From Alphaproteobacteria bacterium (GTDB lineage Bacteria > Pseudomonadota > Alphaproteobacteria > MPNO01 > UBA2964), in NCBI GenBank assembly GCA_049602055.1, contig JBMYRG010000013.1:12384-76383 (forward strand): a stretch of 64,000 nucleotides of DNA. Reading direction: 5' to 3'. Below are positions 38,377 to 48,388 of this stretch, piece after piece; positions within the stretch are counted from its first letter, which is position 1, and every line of letters starts with the position of its first letter. Below the pieces are notes generated by a model. It was given only the letters and a program-made list of their open reading frames with translations, made no database searches and was not told where the DNA came from. A program made the position numbers and the translations under genes.

Positions 38377-39248
38377 GAATTATAGAAAACCGCCGAGAAA
38401 ATAACGACTGCGCCGACGCCAACCCAGATCTCTGGCACCTGACTAAAGAAGAAATAACCAATCAAGCTCGCCCAAATAACCTTAGTGAAATCAGCCGGTA
38501 GCACCAGGGTCGCATCAGCCTTTCGGAAGGCCTCCGTCAATGCGAGCTGTGAAATTGTTCCAAAAATCGCAATTCCGGCCAGCCACAATAATTGTTCTGC
38601 CGTTGGCCATTGCCAGAAGAATACCGCAAACATAAAGGCGATAGGCGTTTGCAAAAGACTTGAATAGAGCGCCACGGTCACTGATGACTCTGTTCGTGTC
38701 AGTACCTTGATTACGACCAAGGCCACCGCCCACAAACTATTGGATATCAGAACCATTAAGGCGCCAAGAGACACTACCTGTATACCTGGCCGTAAAATTA
38801 TCAGAGCCCCGGCGATACCAATCGCAAGCGCAATCCATCGATGCGGGGTCATACGTTCCCGCAAAAATATGACGGCCCCAACCGTCGCAAAGAGTGGTGC
38901 CGTCAATCCGAGCGAAACCACTTTGGCCAGCGGCTCCAGACTCAATCCATAGAAAAACGCCAGCATCGCCAGAACGTTCAGGACTGATCGCAGGACATGC
39001 AGACCGAACTTCCGAGTGATTAAAGGGCGGAGGCCGCCGCGGAGAAAAAGCGCGGACATAAATATCAGGCCAAGCAACTGCCGAAAAAACGCGATTTCAA
39101 AGACATGCAGGTTGCTGTGTGACAGATGCTGGACAGCCCCGTTCGCGCCGGATATGGATGCCGCAGAGCCAAGCATGAACCCGACCCCTTTGGCACCATC
39201 GGGCGCCGAGCCAAATAGCGCGGATAGTCGGGTCTTTATATTGGCCAT
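38331..39248 (-). CDS. DMT-superfamily transporter (EamA family)
   Basis: 10 TM segments. Contains 'ILRPGIQVVS' and 'ADFTKVIWASLIGYFFFSQVPEIWVGVGAVVIF'. Confidence 0.75.
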   Translation of the reverse strand: MANIKTRLSALFGSAPDGAKGVGFMLGSAASISGANGAVQHLSHSNLHVFEIAFFRQLLGLIFMSALFLRGGLRPLITRKFGLHVLRSVLNVLAMLAFFYGLSLEPLAKVVSLGLTAPLFATVGAVIFLRERMTPHRWIALAIGIAGALIILRPGIQVVSLGALMVLISNSLWAVALVVIKVLTRTESSVTVALYSSLLQTPIAFMFAVFFWQWPTAEQLLWLAGIAIFGTISQLALTEAFRKADATLVLPADFTKVIWASLIGYFFFSQVPEIWVGVGAVVIFSAVFYNSYSDARFSRAGSSTP

Positions 39249-39360
39249 GTGCGAAACAATAAGTGCGGGACCTTACCTCTATCATGATTCATAGAAGATG
39301 GCACAGCTTTGCTGAAACCTGATAAACAACGCTGACAACACGCAATAGTCCAAAAAGAAC

Positions 39361-40392
39361 ATGAAAACTGACGCCTTCGATTTCGATCTCCCAAAAGAGC
39401 TAATCGCCCAGGAGCCCGCCACACCCCGGGATTCAGCGCGCCTGCTGCATATCGGCGAAGATCTTGTCGATCTTTCGGTTCGAGATTTACCAAAGCTAAT
39501 CAATCCTCGCGACGTTTTGGTCGTCAATAATACAAAGGTCATTCCTGCCCGTTTGCGCGGACGCCGGGGGGAAGCGTCAATCGAGATCACGCTACACAAA
39601 CGCAACGGCGATGAAACCTGGTGCGCCTTTGCGCGCCCCGCAAAACGCCTGCGCGAAGGCGACATCATAGAATTCGCCTCCAACTTTTCTGCTGCCGTTG
39701 TTGAGAAAAGAGATAGCGGCGAGATTGTTGTCGGGTTTTCAGGACAAGAGGTTTTCAGTGGCCTTGCTGAAAATGGCTTTATGCCCCTGCCACCCTACAT
39801 AGGTCGAAAAGAAGGCGTCAGAGAAACCGATCACCAAGACTATCAGACAGTTTATGCTGCCAAAGCTGGTGCGGTTGCCGCACCAACCGCTGGACTTCAT
39901 TTTACGGACTCCTTGCTATCAGAAATAAAAAACGTGGGTATCGACATCGTTGAACTCACTTTGCATGTAGGCGCTGGCACGTTCCTCCCGGTGAAGGTCG
40001 AGGATACCGACGAACACAAAATGCATTCTGAATGGGGACAGCTCGATGAAACAGCTGTCCAGAGGATAATGAAAGCACGTCATGCCGGTGGCAAAGTAAT
40101 GGCGTGCGGCACTACCGCACTACGGCTCCTGGAATCAGCGGCGCCTGCTGTTGGAGAACTCGCCCCCTTTGAGGGCGATACTGATATATTTATTACGCCC
40201 GGCTATAAATTTCGGATTGTCGATAGATTGATAACAAATTTTCATCTGCCCTGTTCAACCCTGTTCATGTTGGTTTCGGCCTTTTCAGGGCTTGGCCGGA
40301 TGAAGGCCGCCTACGCCCATGCCGTCAATTCGAAATATCGCTTCTATTCCTATGGCGACGCCTGTTTGCTGGAGAAAAACGAGCCATCATGA
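39361..40392 (+). CDS. queA: S-adenosylmethionine:tRNA ribosyltransferase-isomerase
   Basis: '[14 protein letters not shown]...R..SRLL', '[13 protein letters not shown]', '[10 protein letters not shown]' are QueA hallmarks. Length is 343 aa. Confidence 0.9.
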   Translation: MKTDAFDFDLPKELIAQEPATPRDSARLLHIGEDLVDLSVRDLPKLINPRDVLVVNNTKVIPARLRGRRGEASIEITLHKRNGDETWCAFARPAKRLREGDIIEFASNFSAAVVEKRDSGEIVVGFSGQEVFSGLAENGFMPLPPYIGRKEGVRETDHQDYQTVYAAKAGAVAAPTAGLHFTDSLLSEIKNVGIDIVELTLHVGAGTFLPVKVEDTDEHKMHSEWGQLDETAVQRIMKARHAGGKVMACGTTALRLLESAAPAVGELAPFEGDTDIFITPGYKFRIVDRLITNFHLPCSTLFMLVSAFSGLGRMKAAYAHAVNSKYRFYSYGDACLLEKNEPS

Positions 40393-41528
40393 CCCCGACT
40401 GGCATCAAATTCGAACTTATTGCCACCGATGGTGCCGCTCGTCGGGGCCGTCTATCAACCGCTCATGGCGAGATCAATACACCGGCGTTTATGCCTGTAG
40501 GTACAGCAGGAACCGTAAAAGCCATGATGCCAGAAGATGTCGCAGCAACGGGTGCTGAGATCATCTTAGGGAACACCTATCATCTGATGCTACGCCCGAC
40601 GGCTGAGCGGGTCGCCAGGCTAGGCGGATTGCATCGATTTATGAATTGGCCAAAACCAATCCTCACCGATTCCGGCGGTTACCAAGTGTTCTCGCTTTCG
40701 AAGCGGCGGACGATCAGCGAGGACGGTGTCATCTTTCAGTCTCACATCGATGGCACGAAAATTGACCTAACACCGGAACGCTCAATAGAAATTCAAAATC
40801 TGCTCGGTTCCAACATCACGATGGTTCTGGATGAATGCACTGAGTGGCCTATATCAGAACCGGATGCCCGCAAATCGATGGAGCTTTCCATGCGGTGGGC
40901 GGTCCGCTGCAAAGAAGTCTTTGACGCAAGACCAGGCTACGGGCTGTTTGGCATTGTCCAGGGAAGCATGTACCGCGAACTTCGCCATGAATCTGCAGCG
41001 CGATTAATTGAAACCGGATTTGATGGCTACGCGGTTGGCGGGTTAGCCATTGGCGAACCACAAGACGTCATGTTTGAAGTGCTTGACTATACGGTCCCTA
41101 GCCTGCCTAAGGAACGACCCCATTATCTGATGGGTGTCGGCAAGCCAGGCGATATCGTTGGCGCTGTTCAACGCGGGATCGATATGTTCGATTGCGTCAT
41201 TCCAACTCGATCAGGTCGTACCGGCCAGGCCTTTGTCCGCGGCGGCTCGCTCAACCTTCGCAATGCAAAACATACGGAGGATGAAAGACCGCTTGATACG
41301 CGCTGTACATGTCGAGTTTGCACCAACTATAGCCGGGCCTATCTTCACCACCTCATTAAAGCCGGCGAAATGCTGGCGGGAATGCTTTTGACACTGCACA
41401 ACCTGCATTACTATCAGGCCTTGATGGCCGCCATGCGTGACGCGATTGAGAATGAAACGATGAGTAACTTCGTGGCCACATTTGCTGCGGAACAAGAAGC
41501 TGGTGCAGTTGTGTCGGAAACCAAATAG
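40389..41528 (+). CDS. tgt: Queuine tRNA-ribosyltransferase (tRNA-guanine transglycosylase)
   Basis: '[13 protein letters not shown]', a Zn site 'C.C..C...H', and 'HNLHYY'. ATGA overlap with queA. Confidence 0.9.
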   Translation: MTPTGIKFELIATDGAARRGRLSTAHGEINTPAFMPVGTAGTVKAMMPEDVAATGAEIILGNTYHLMLRPTAERVARLGGLHRFMNWPKPILTDSGGYQVFSLSKRRTISEDGVIFQSHIDGTKIDLTPERSIEIQNLLGSNITMVLDECTEWPISEPDARKSMELSMRWAVRCKEVFDARPGYGLFGIVQGSMYRELRHESAARLIETGFDGYAVGGLAIGEPQDVMFEVLDYTVPSLPKERPHYLMGVGKPGDIVGAVQRGIDMFDCVIPTRSGRTGQAFVRGGSLNLRNAKHTEDERPLDTRCTCRVCTNYSRAYLHHLIKAGEMLAGMLLTLHNLHYYQALMAAMRDAIENETMSNFVATFAAEQEAGAVVSETK

Positions 41529-41544
41529 ATGACGGAGATAGTCA

Positions 41545-42009
41545 ATGACTGCGAATAGTGACGAAACATTGACCCAACTTGGTGCCCATACGCCGATGCC
41601 GGCATCTCCAGAAGAAGCGGTATTGGAGCGGGTCAGCAATCCACAAACGGGTACGATGTATCTCGCGAGGTTTACCTGCCCGGAATTCACCAGCCTGTGC
41701 CCGGTTACCGGCCAGCCCGATTTTGCTCATCTGGTTATCGACTACGCGCCGAACGAATGGATTGTCGAAAGCAAGTCCTTAAAGCTTTTTCTTGGGTCAT
41801 TCAGAAATCACGGTGCTTTTCATGAAGATTGTACGGTCGGCATTGCAAAACGGCTTGAAGAATTACTGTCACCACATTGGTTAAGGATTGGCGGTTATTG
41901 GTATCCGCGGGGCGGTATGCCGATAGACGTGTTCTATCAAAATGGCCATCCGCCCGCTGATCTGTGGATTCCGGATCAAGGCGTCTCTACCTATCGCGGG
42001 CGCGGGTGA
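41545..42009 (+). CDS. queF: NADPH-dependent 7-cyano-7-deazaguanine (preQ0) reductase, type I
   Basis: '[24 protein letters not shown]' contains the catalytic Cys and QueF motif. Length is 154 aa. Confidence 0.85.
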   Translation: MTANSDETLTQLGAHTPMPASPEEAVLERVSNPQTGTMYLARFTCPEFTSLCPVTGQPDFAHLVIDYAPNEWIVESKSLKLFLGSFRNHGAFHEDCTVGIAKRLEELLSPHWLRIGGYWYPRGGMPIDVFYQNGHPPADLWIPDQGVSTYRGRG

Positions 42010-43142
42010 GCAAAGCACAACCAGACAAAGCAGACGCAACAGCTTCGATAAGGGATCGCGCCCTGACATTGGGGTTTGACGTTGTTGGGTTTGCGCCAGC
42101 AACGCTCAGCGAGAAAGCGCGTGAACGTCTCTGTGATTATATTTCAAACGGATATCACGGCGATATGGGCTGGCTAGCCGAACGCACTCAGCAGCGATCT
42201 CAACCAACGGATCTATGGCCAGAGGCGAAAAGTGTAATCGTCGTCGGATTGAATTACGGCCCGAAAGACGACCCGCTAGAAGTGCTCGACAAGCCCGAGC
42301 GTGGTGCAATTTCCGTATATGCCCGTGGACGGGATTATCACGATGTCGCCAAAAAGAAACTCCGGGTTCTCGCCCGATATATCGCCGATGATCTCGACGG
42401 TGACGTAAAGCTTTTTGTCGATACTGCGCCGGTTATGGAAAAGCCACTAGCTGCAAAGGCTGGACTTGGATGGCAAGGTAAACACACAAACCTGGTGTCG
42501 AAGACCGCCGGGTCCTGGCTTTTCCTGGGCGAAATCTACACGACCTTATCATTGGCTGAGGAGAGTGAAGGCGAAAACAACTGTGGTAGTTGCTCTCGCT
42601 GTCTCTCTGCCTGTCCCACAAATGCCTTCCCGGCACCTTATAAGCTCGATGCTCGCCGATGTATCTCGTATTTAACAATTGAGCATAAGGGTCACATTCC
42701 CCTCGAATTCAGAGAAGCAATTGGCAATCGGATTTATGGCTGCGACGATTGTCTCGCTGTTTGCCCTTGGAATAAATTTGCACACCTAACGAACGAACCA
42801 GAACTTGAAGCTAGGCTGGAGTTACGGTGGCCGCGGCTCGTAGACCTGGTGCAGCTGGATGATGCCGCCTTTAGACAAATCTTCTCAGGTTCACCGGTAA
42901 AACGGCTGGGCCGTGATCGATTTATCCGAAATGTCCTGATCGCCATCGGCAACAGCAGGATGGCCGAGTTAATACCTTATGCAGAAGCTAAACTAGAAGA
43001 CAAATCCCCGTTGGTAAGGGCAATGGCTGTGTGGGCTCTTTCACACCTAATATCATCCAATTCATATGCGAAATTGCGCTCAATTCATCAGAAGAATGAA
43101 CCCGACATAGAGGTTCAGCAAGAATGGGAGGACAGAGGTTAA
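42006..43142 (+). CDS. queG: Epoxyqueuosine reductase
   Basis: 4Fe-4S ferredoxin motifs '[16 protein letters not shown]' and '[13 protein letters not shown]', plus a C-terminal HEAT-like region. The start is set at the GTG at 42006 (GTGA overlap with the queF stop) rather than the ORF-track ATG at 41964. Confidence 0.8.
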   Translation: MSKAQPDKADATASIRDRALTLGFDVVGFAPATLSEKARERLCDYISNGYHGDMGWLAERTQQRSQPTDLWPEAKSVIVVGLNYGPKDDPLEVLDKPERGAISVYARGRDYHDVAKKKLRVLARYIADDLDGDVKLFVDTAPVMEKPLAAKAGLGWQGKHTNLVSKTAGSWLFLGEIYTTLSLAEESEGENNCGSCSRCLSACPTNAFPAPYKLDARRCISYLTIEHKGHIPLEFREAIGNRIYGCDDCLAVCPWNKFAHLTNEPELEARLELRWPRLVDLVQLDDAAFRQIFSGSPVKRLGRDRFIRNVLIAIGNSRMAELIPYAEAKLEDKSPLVRAMAVWALSHLISSNSYAKLRSIHQKNEPDIEVQQEWEDRG

Positions 43143-43290
43143 TCCTGGGATTTAGCGGCGTTTGGCTGTGTACTGTCGGTAAATTTTACAGTTAGGTCAT
43201 ATCAAATTGCAGCTACCCTTGATAACTAGCTGGAATCCATCATTTTAACGACAATGGCACACTTCTTGCTTCGACGTAGCGGGGCAGTGT

Positions 43291-44136
43291 GTGCTTCACA
43301 AAGTATTTACACTGAAAATATGGTCAATGACGGTTTTAAAGTTCAGGAACAGGATGATTGCGATGATGATTGCCGCCTTTGGTGTGATCATTGCTGTGTC
43401 CGGACCTGCCCATGCCATCGCGACTTATAGCTCCAGTTCCTCAGCGACGGTGACGATAACAGGATTCAGCACAACCTCAGGGCCCGTTTCCAAACCACCG
43501 ACACTCGTAATCGAGGGTACGTCGGAAGCGAGCCTTCCCGAGAGTGGGACGGTTACGAGCGGTACGGCTAGTGCTGCAATAACCGAATCAACCCTGATAA
43601 TTTCAGGGACACCTTTGGCGATTATCACCGCTGACAGCGTCTCTAACATGTCTACCGCTAGCGGTAGCGCGGCGCCTCTCGGGGGACAGTCCACCTCAGA
43701 CTAGGTTACAAATGGTGAAATATTTTTCGGCAATGCCGGCACCGAAGATATCACTGTCACGTTAGGAATTGATTGGGCCTATTCTGTCATGGCGTCGACC
43801 TCTGGCATAAACCAAAAAGCGATCTCCTTCTCCAGCATCATTGTAGACACGTTGATTTTTGACTCGATCGGCGAACAAGTAGGTGAAGATATTTTCGACG
43901 TTGATCAACTCGCAATAGCGAATGGTCTTAACGGCACTTCCGAATCGTTTTCAGATTCTGATATTTTCTCGGTTGATGTTGTCGTTCTCGCAGGGTCGGT
44001 TACCAGCGTCGGTCTTTTTGTCGATGCTCGGGGATATGCTGAAGTTCCCGCGCCACCTTCATTCGCCCTATTGTCCTTGGCGGTGATCGGTATTGGATTT
44101 ATCCGACACCGCAGGGCACGACCGCTCTCGACGTAA
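43291..44136 (+). pseudogene. Ser/Thr-rich secreted protein with a PEP-CTERM-like C-terminal sorting signal, interrupted by a single in-frame TAG at 43702-43704
   Basis: ORFs 43291..43704 (signal peptide ...AVSGPAHA, S/T-rich) and 43789..44136 (C-terminus 'VPAPPSFALLSLAVIGIGFIRHRRAR') are in the same frame. Only one amber codon lies between them. All 28 codons from 43705 to 43788 are sense codons. Confidence 0.5.
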
Positions 44137-44138
44137 AA

Positions 44139-44363
44139 ATGATGTTGCCTGCATCAAACAAAGGTAATTCGCCTAATAAAAACACCGAACGACCTAACCA
44201 ACGAATAGAGATTGAAGGCGAGCCCGATCTGCTTACAGGAACTCTGGATAAGTGGCACGCCTATAGGCAGGCGCTTTCAGTATTACCGCAGGAAAATGAG
44301 AATGTCCGGGTTGCGATCGCTGTCGCAGATGCCAGAATCGCTAGATTGAACGCTGACAAATAA
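44139..44363 (+). CDS. Small hypothetical protein (74 aa)
   Basis: ORF only. Low-complexity N-terminus. It may be non-coding. Confidence 0.2.
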   Translation: MMLPASNKGNSPNKNTERPNQRIEIEGEPDLLTGTLDKWHAYRQALSVLPQENENVRVAIAVADARIARLNADK

Positions 44364-44403
44364 TTCTGGAATGATGTGATCTATTATTTCGGCGAAGTAA
44401 TCC

Positions 44404-45426
44404 TCAGTGCCGACGCTGCACCTTCAGATAATCATGACGATCACCTGACCGGATAACAACGTCGATTTGGCGCGATCCACGCACAACGCTAATACTAACA
44501 TCGGCGCCTGCACCACCGGCCGACCAAATCTTACGATACATGTCTGATAGGCTTTCGACAGCCTGAGATTCAATTTCTTCGATAATATCACCAACCTGTA
44601 AATCAGCTTGATCCGCCGGCCCACCATCGTGAACTCCTGAAACAACCAAATGCCCCAGCGCTTCAGTTGTTTGCATCCCTAACCAAGGCTTTGCGTTCTT
44701 TTGCGCACGTCCGGTATCTACAAGCTCTTGATAAATTGGCGGCAACAAATCGATTGGGACAAACATGTTCCCCTGACTTTCACTGCTATTCCCTCCGGGA
44801 TCCTGAACAAACAGCGATCCAATTCCGACAAGAGAGCCGGAACGAGGGTCAATTAGAGCACCACCACTCCATCTCGGATGCAACGGTGCAGTGAAAATTG
44901 CGGAATCGAGCAAATATTCCCAAGAACCTGCAAACTCTCGTCGGTCAACAACGTGCCCTAATATTGCGGACGGAATACCTCCCGATGCTGCGACAACAAC
45001 CTGATCATCGGTCAATATATTGTCGACATTGGAAGCTATCGGAAGTGGTGTGAGATCGAGAGGTTTCACAGTTCTGACCAAACCAAATCCGGTTCTATGG
45101 TCATATCCAACAACCTGTGCCGGAACCTCATCGCCATTTGGTCCACCGATTTCTATGTCTGTCGCCTCGGTTATCAGATAGCCAATTGTAACCAGAGTAC
45201 CGTCGGTATCGATGAGTACGGCATTGCCTTCTCTCTCCGTGCCAAGATTTCTGGCACTATGAGCGTCAGCCGGTATTTTAGACCGCAGCGACCTTACCGC
45301 GGATAACCCCACCTCAAGATCAAAGGCGACATCGTCGTCAGTTGGCTGTGGCCCTGGCATAGGGGGTTCACCCAGAGGCAAGATGCCATCAAGTCTGTGC
45401 CCATTGGCGCGCGTTACTTCTGTCAA
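44404..45426 (-). CDS. Trypsin-like serine protease (S1C/HtrA-like) with a C-terminal PDZ domain
   Basis: 'HPRWSGGALID' oxyanion/Ser region, and the PDZ-like segment 'LVVSGVHDGGPADQADLQVGDIIEEIESQAV'. No obvious signal peptide. Confidence 0.65.
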   Translation of the reverse strand: MTEVTRANGHRLDGILPLGEPPMPGPQPTDDDVAFDLEVGLSAVRSLRSKIPADAHSARNLGTEREGNAVLIDTDGTLVTIGYLITEATDIEIGGPNGDEVPAQVVGYDHRTGFGLVRTVKPLDLTPLPIASNVDNILTDDQVVVAASGGIPSAILGHVVDRREFAGSWEYLLDSAIFTAPLHPRWSGGALIDPRSGSLVGIGSLFVQDPGGNSSESQGNMFVPIDLLPPIYQELVDTGRAQKNAKPWLGMQTTEALGHLVVSGVHDGGPADQADLQVGDIIEEIESQAVESLSDMYRKIWSAGGAGADVSISVVRGSRQIDVVIRSGDRHDYLKVQRRH

Positions 45427-45776
45427 TTTTTCTATCCCGTTTAAAGTATATTATTCTTTATTATTCAGCAGACCTATTATCAGGAGACACGACCTTGGTG
45501 ACAACAATTGATACTCCAACAGCAAGCTCACAAGGCCAGGGGAATAAAAATTCCTAAAATCCAATAGGAGTCGGTAAATTAGGGAAGCCAAAAACACATC
45601 ACTGGTTGAAATAAGTTTAATCCATGCCATTAATTTTATAATTTTTTCGAATTTTTTCTGTTACCCATTGAAATATAAAAGAAATTCTAATTCTTCGGCT
45701 CAGATATTTCTTGCGAACTGTCTTTGAAATAAACGATTATTTCCCGTAGTGTCCATATAACAACGAATTAAAGTCT

Positions 45777-46655
45777 GTGCCAGATAGACGGGGGTTTTCT
45801 GGCCACCTATCAGGGTCGATGACTTATAAGATGAATCGTTCGATTACCTCCGCAGTAGCAATAGTCTTGCTTTTGTCCGCGATCGTCAGCGCCCCGTTTA
45901 ATCGGGCAAATGCTTTGATGTTCGTAATCGATTTCGATCCAGTTGGAATCTACGGTGGCCTTAATACAGTGGCCATGTCTTCATTCGATGTAACGCCTTA
46001 CGGATTTAGTAGTGGGCAAAGGAATACCGTTATTGCGTCTATAATGACAGAACTCAAAAACGACTTTCACAATATAGTTTCCCCTTCTATTCCCTCGGGT
46101 CAGCAACTTGCTGTCGATTTTGTCCGAGGAACGATCGGCGATGGTGGTGCTACGGCAAATGGCGACAGCAATTATTACTATGTTGCCGTGGGAAACGCCA
46201 ATAACGCGAGTGAACCACTCGGAGAAGCGTTCTTAAATAGTGCGTTCGGCCTCGCGGGCAACACCATTGCAGCCTTATATACCGATGAAATCTTCTCGGG
46301 TATTTTGAATGCTCATGGAACGGCTGGTGACCTGTTTCAGACGACCCACGTCATAGAGGGCACTCTCGCGCATGAGATCGGCCATACGCTCGGTCTGGAG
46401 CATTGTAATTTTTCAGGTGCGGTAACGCCAAATGGACTCGACCCGCTGATGGCATCCGGCGCAACAGGACTACCCAACGCGAACCGGCTGAATGATCGAG
46501 AATTTTCGACATCATGCATAGAGGGGGCAGGGACACAAGCCACCATCGAACTTCTGGCAGCGAACGTGGGATTAGAGGATACACCCATTCCTAAGCCAGC
46601 GACGATCTTAATTTTTGGAATTGGTATCGCAGGATTCCGGTTTATACGGCGCTAA
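45777..46655 (+). CDS. Secreted metzincin-type zinc metalloprotease with a PEP-CTERM-like C-terminal anchor
   Basis: Signal peptide (...SAIVSAPFNRANA), zinc motif 'HEIGHTLGLEH' (HExxHxxGxxH), and the C-terminus 'PIPKPATILIFGIGIAGFRFIRR'. The likely start is a downstream Met (MTYKMNRS). Confidence 0.7.
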   Translation: MPDRRGFSGHLSGSMTYKMNRSITSAVAIVLLLSAIVSAPFNRANALMFVIDFDPVGIYGGLNTVAMSSFDVTPYGFSSGQRNTVIASIMTELKNDFHNIVSPSIPSGQQLAVDFVRGTIGDGGATANGDSNYYYVAVGNANNASEPLGEAFLNSAFGLAGNTIAALYTDEIFSGILNAHGTAGDLFQTTHVIEGTLAHEIGHTLGLEHCNFSGAVTPNGLDPLMASGATGLPNANRLNDREFSTSCIEGAGTQATIELLAANVGLEDTPIPKPATILIFGIGIAGFRFIRR

Positions 46656-46675
46656 ACCCACCTTTCAAAAAAGCT

Positions 46676-47500
46676 CTATAGCCTCTCTATAAAATTTACC
46701 ATTCGTTGACGCATCTCGGCGTCCGGCAAATCTCCTAGCCCGGAGGCCATGTTATCCAACATATGCGATATGACTCCGGTTGCGGGAATGAGACAGGTAA
46801 CCGCCGGATTTCCAAGCAGATATTTTAAAAAGAACGCAGCCCAGCTCTCACAGCCAAATTCTTTGGCCCAATCCGGTAACGGCTTTCCTCGAACGGCGCC
46901 AAAGATATTTCCACCATCGAAGGGGCGATTGACGATTATGGCAACGCCATTATCCGCCGCCAACGGCAACAACTCGCGTTCTGCCTCTCGCACAGCGATG
47001 GAATAGGGTAACTGCACAAAATCCATCGACTCCGACGTGATGATGTCAGCCAGTTGATCAAAGGCGCGCGGTATATAATGGGTAATCCCGATATAGCGGA
47101 TCAGGCCCTGCTCTTTCCAATCGCGAAGCGTCGAAAGATGTGTCCGCCAATCCACCAGATTATGAATCTGCATGAGATCAATCACGTCAACACGCAACAA
47201 CTCCTTTGAACGGCGCATTTGATCGATGCCGTGCTGCCTGCCTTCTGTCCAAACTTTTGTCGCGATAAAGGCACTATTTCGGTGTTCTGTCGTACTCAGC
47301 AACTCGCCAACAACGCGTTCCGCTGCACCATACATCGGCGAGCTATCGATCATCGACCCTCGACCATCAAACAATGCGTTCAAGACAGCTGTGCGCGATG
47401 AACGTTCCGAATAGCCTTCACCAATATCAAAAGATCGCCAGGTTCCCAAGCCGATGACCGGCAACAGTTCTCCACTCGACGGTATCGCTCGCGTCAACAT
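46676..47500 (-). CDS. Aldo/keto reductase
   Basis: 'GLGTW', 'YGAAERVVGE', and 'IGITHY' motifs in an AKR (beta/alpha)8 pattern. Length is 274 aa. Confidence 0.8.
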   Translation of the reverse strand: MLTRAIPSSGELLPVIGLGTWRSFDIGEGYSERSSRTAVLNALFDGRGSMIDSSPMYGAAERVVGELLSTTEHRNSAFIATKVWTEGRQHGIDQMRRSKELLRVDVIDLMQIHNLVDWRTHLSTLRDWKEQGLIRYIGITHYIPRAFDQLADIITSESMDFVQLPYSIAVREAERELLPLAADNGVAIIVNRPFDGGNIFGAVRGKPLPDWAKEFGCESWAAFFLKYLLGNPAVTCLIPATGVISHMLDNMASGLGDLPDAEMRQRMVNFIERL

Positions 47501-48298
47501 TTAGGTTTTGCCGTTCTCTCCCGGTTGGCGCTTGAGATAAATATAGCCGCCATCGACCAGGAGATTTGTCGCCGTGACAAATGACGAATCTTCTGACGCC
47601 AAATACAAGACAGCTTTGGCAATTTCTTCCGGTTGCCCGACCCGTCCCAGCATGTGCAGCTTACCACGCGATTCGTGAAATTCCTCTGCGGTGTCAAACC
47701 GCCGCCGGGTTCTGGGAGTTTCGATGACACCAGGGGAAACCGAATTTACCCGGATGTTATCGCCAGCGACCTCAGCCGCCAGGATCGTAGTCAGATGAAT
47801 AAGAGCTGCCTTGGTTGTGCAGTAGGCCGAACGATTTGGCACACCTATAGTACCGAGTTGAGACGCCATATTGACGATTGCTCCCCCACCCGCCTTGCGA
47901 ATTTCCGGGACAGCGAATTTCGACATCAAAAACGGCCCAGTGAGATTTACAGCAAACGCGCGGTTCCAATCCTCCAATGGTAATTCGTCCACTGGCGCAT
48001 CGGGTGTCACCGCTGCCGCAACGTTGACCAAAACATGCAATTTACCAAATGCGGAGACTGCCGCATCGACAGCTGCCTTACATTGAGATGAGTCAGCCAC
48101 GTCGATTGCGATTGGTTCCGCCGCCCCACCTGCATCTTTGATCTCCTGAGCCACAGATGTTGCTGTTTCAGCTCGTTCATCAGCGACCAGAACTTTCGCG
48201 CCCTCAGCCGCCAATAAGCGAGCCGACGCGCCTCCAATAGCTCCACCACCGCCGGTAACTAGCGCGACTTTATTTTGCATTTTCCCTGTCGTTGTCAT
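47501..48298 (-). CDS. SDR-family short-chain dehydrogenase/reductase
   Basis: 'KVALVTGGGGAIGGA' (TGxxxGxG), 'NVAA', and a YxxxK region. The start is set at MTTTGKMQNK (48298), which has a GAGGAA RBS. Confidence 0.85.
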   Translation of the reverse strand: MTTTGKMQNKVALVTGGGGAIGGASARLLAAEGAKVLVADERAETATSVAQEIKDAGGAAEPIAIDVADSSQCKAAVDAAVSAFGKLHVLVNVAAAVTPDAPVDELPLEDWNRAFAVNLTGPFLMSKFAVPEIRKAGGGAIVNMASQLGTIGVPNRSAYCTTKAALIHLTTILAAEVAGDNIRVNSVSPGVIETPRTRRRFDTAEEFHESRGKLHMLGRVGQPEEIAKAVLYLASEDSSFVTATNLLVDGGYIYLKRQPGENGKT

Positions 48299-48388
48299 CT
48301 TCTTGTTCCTCGCGTCAGTAATAATTTTTGTAGGTTTACGGTAGGCCGAGAGGGAACCATACGCAATGTCAGATCGGATGTTTGACAA

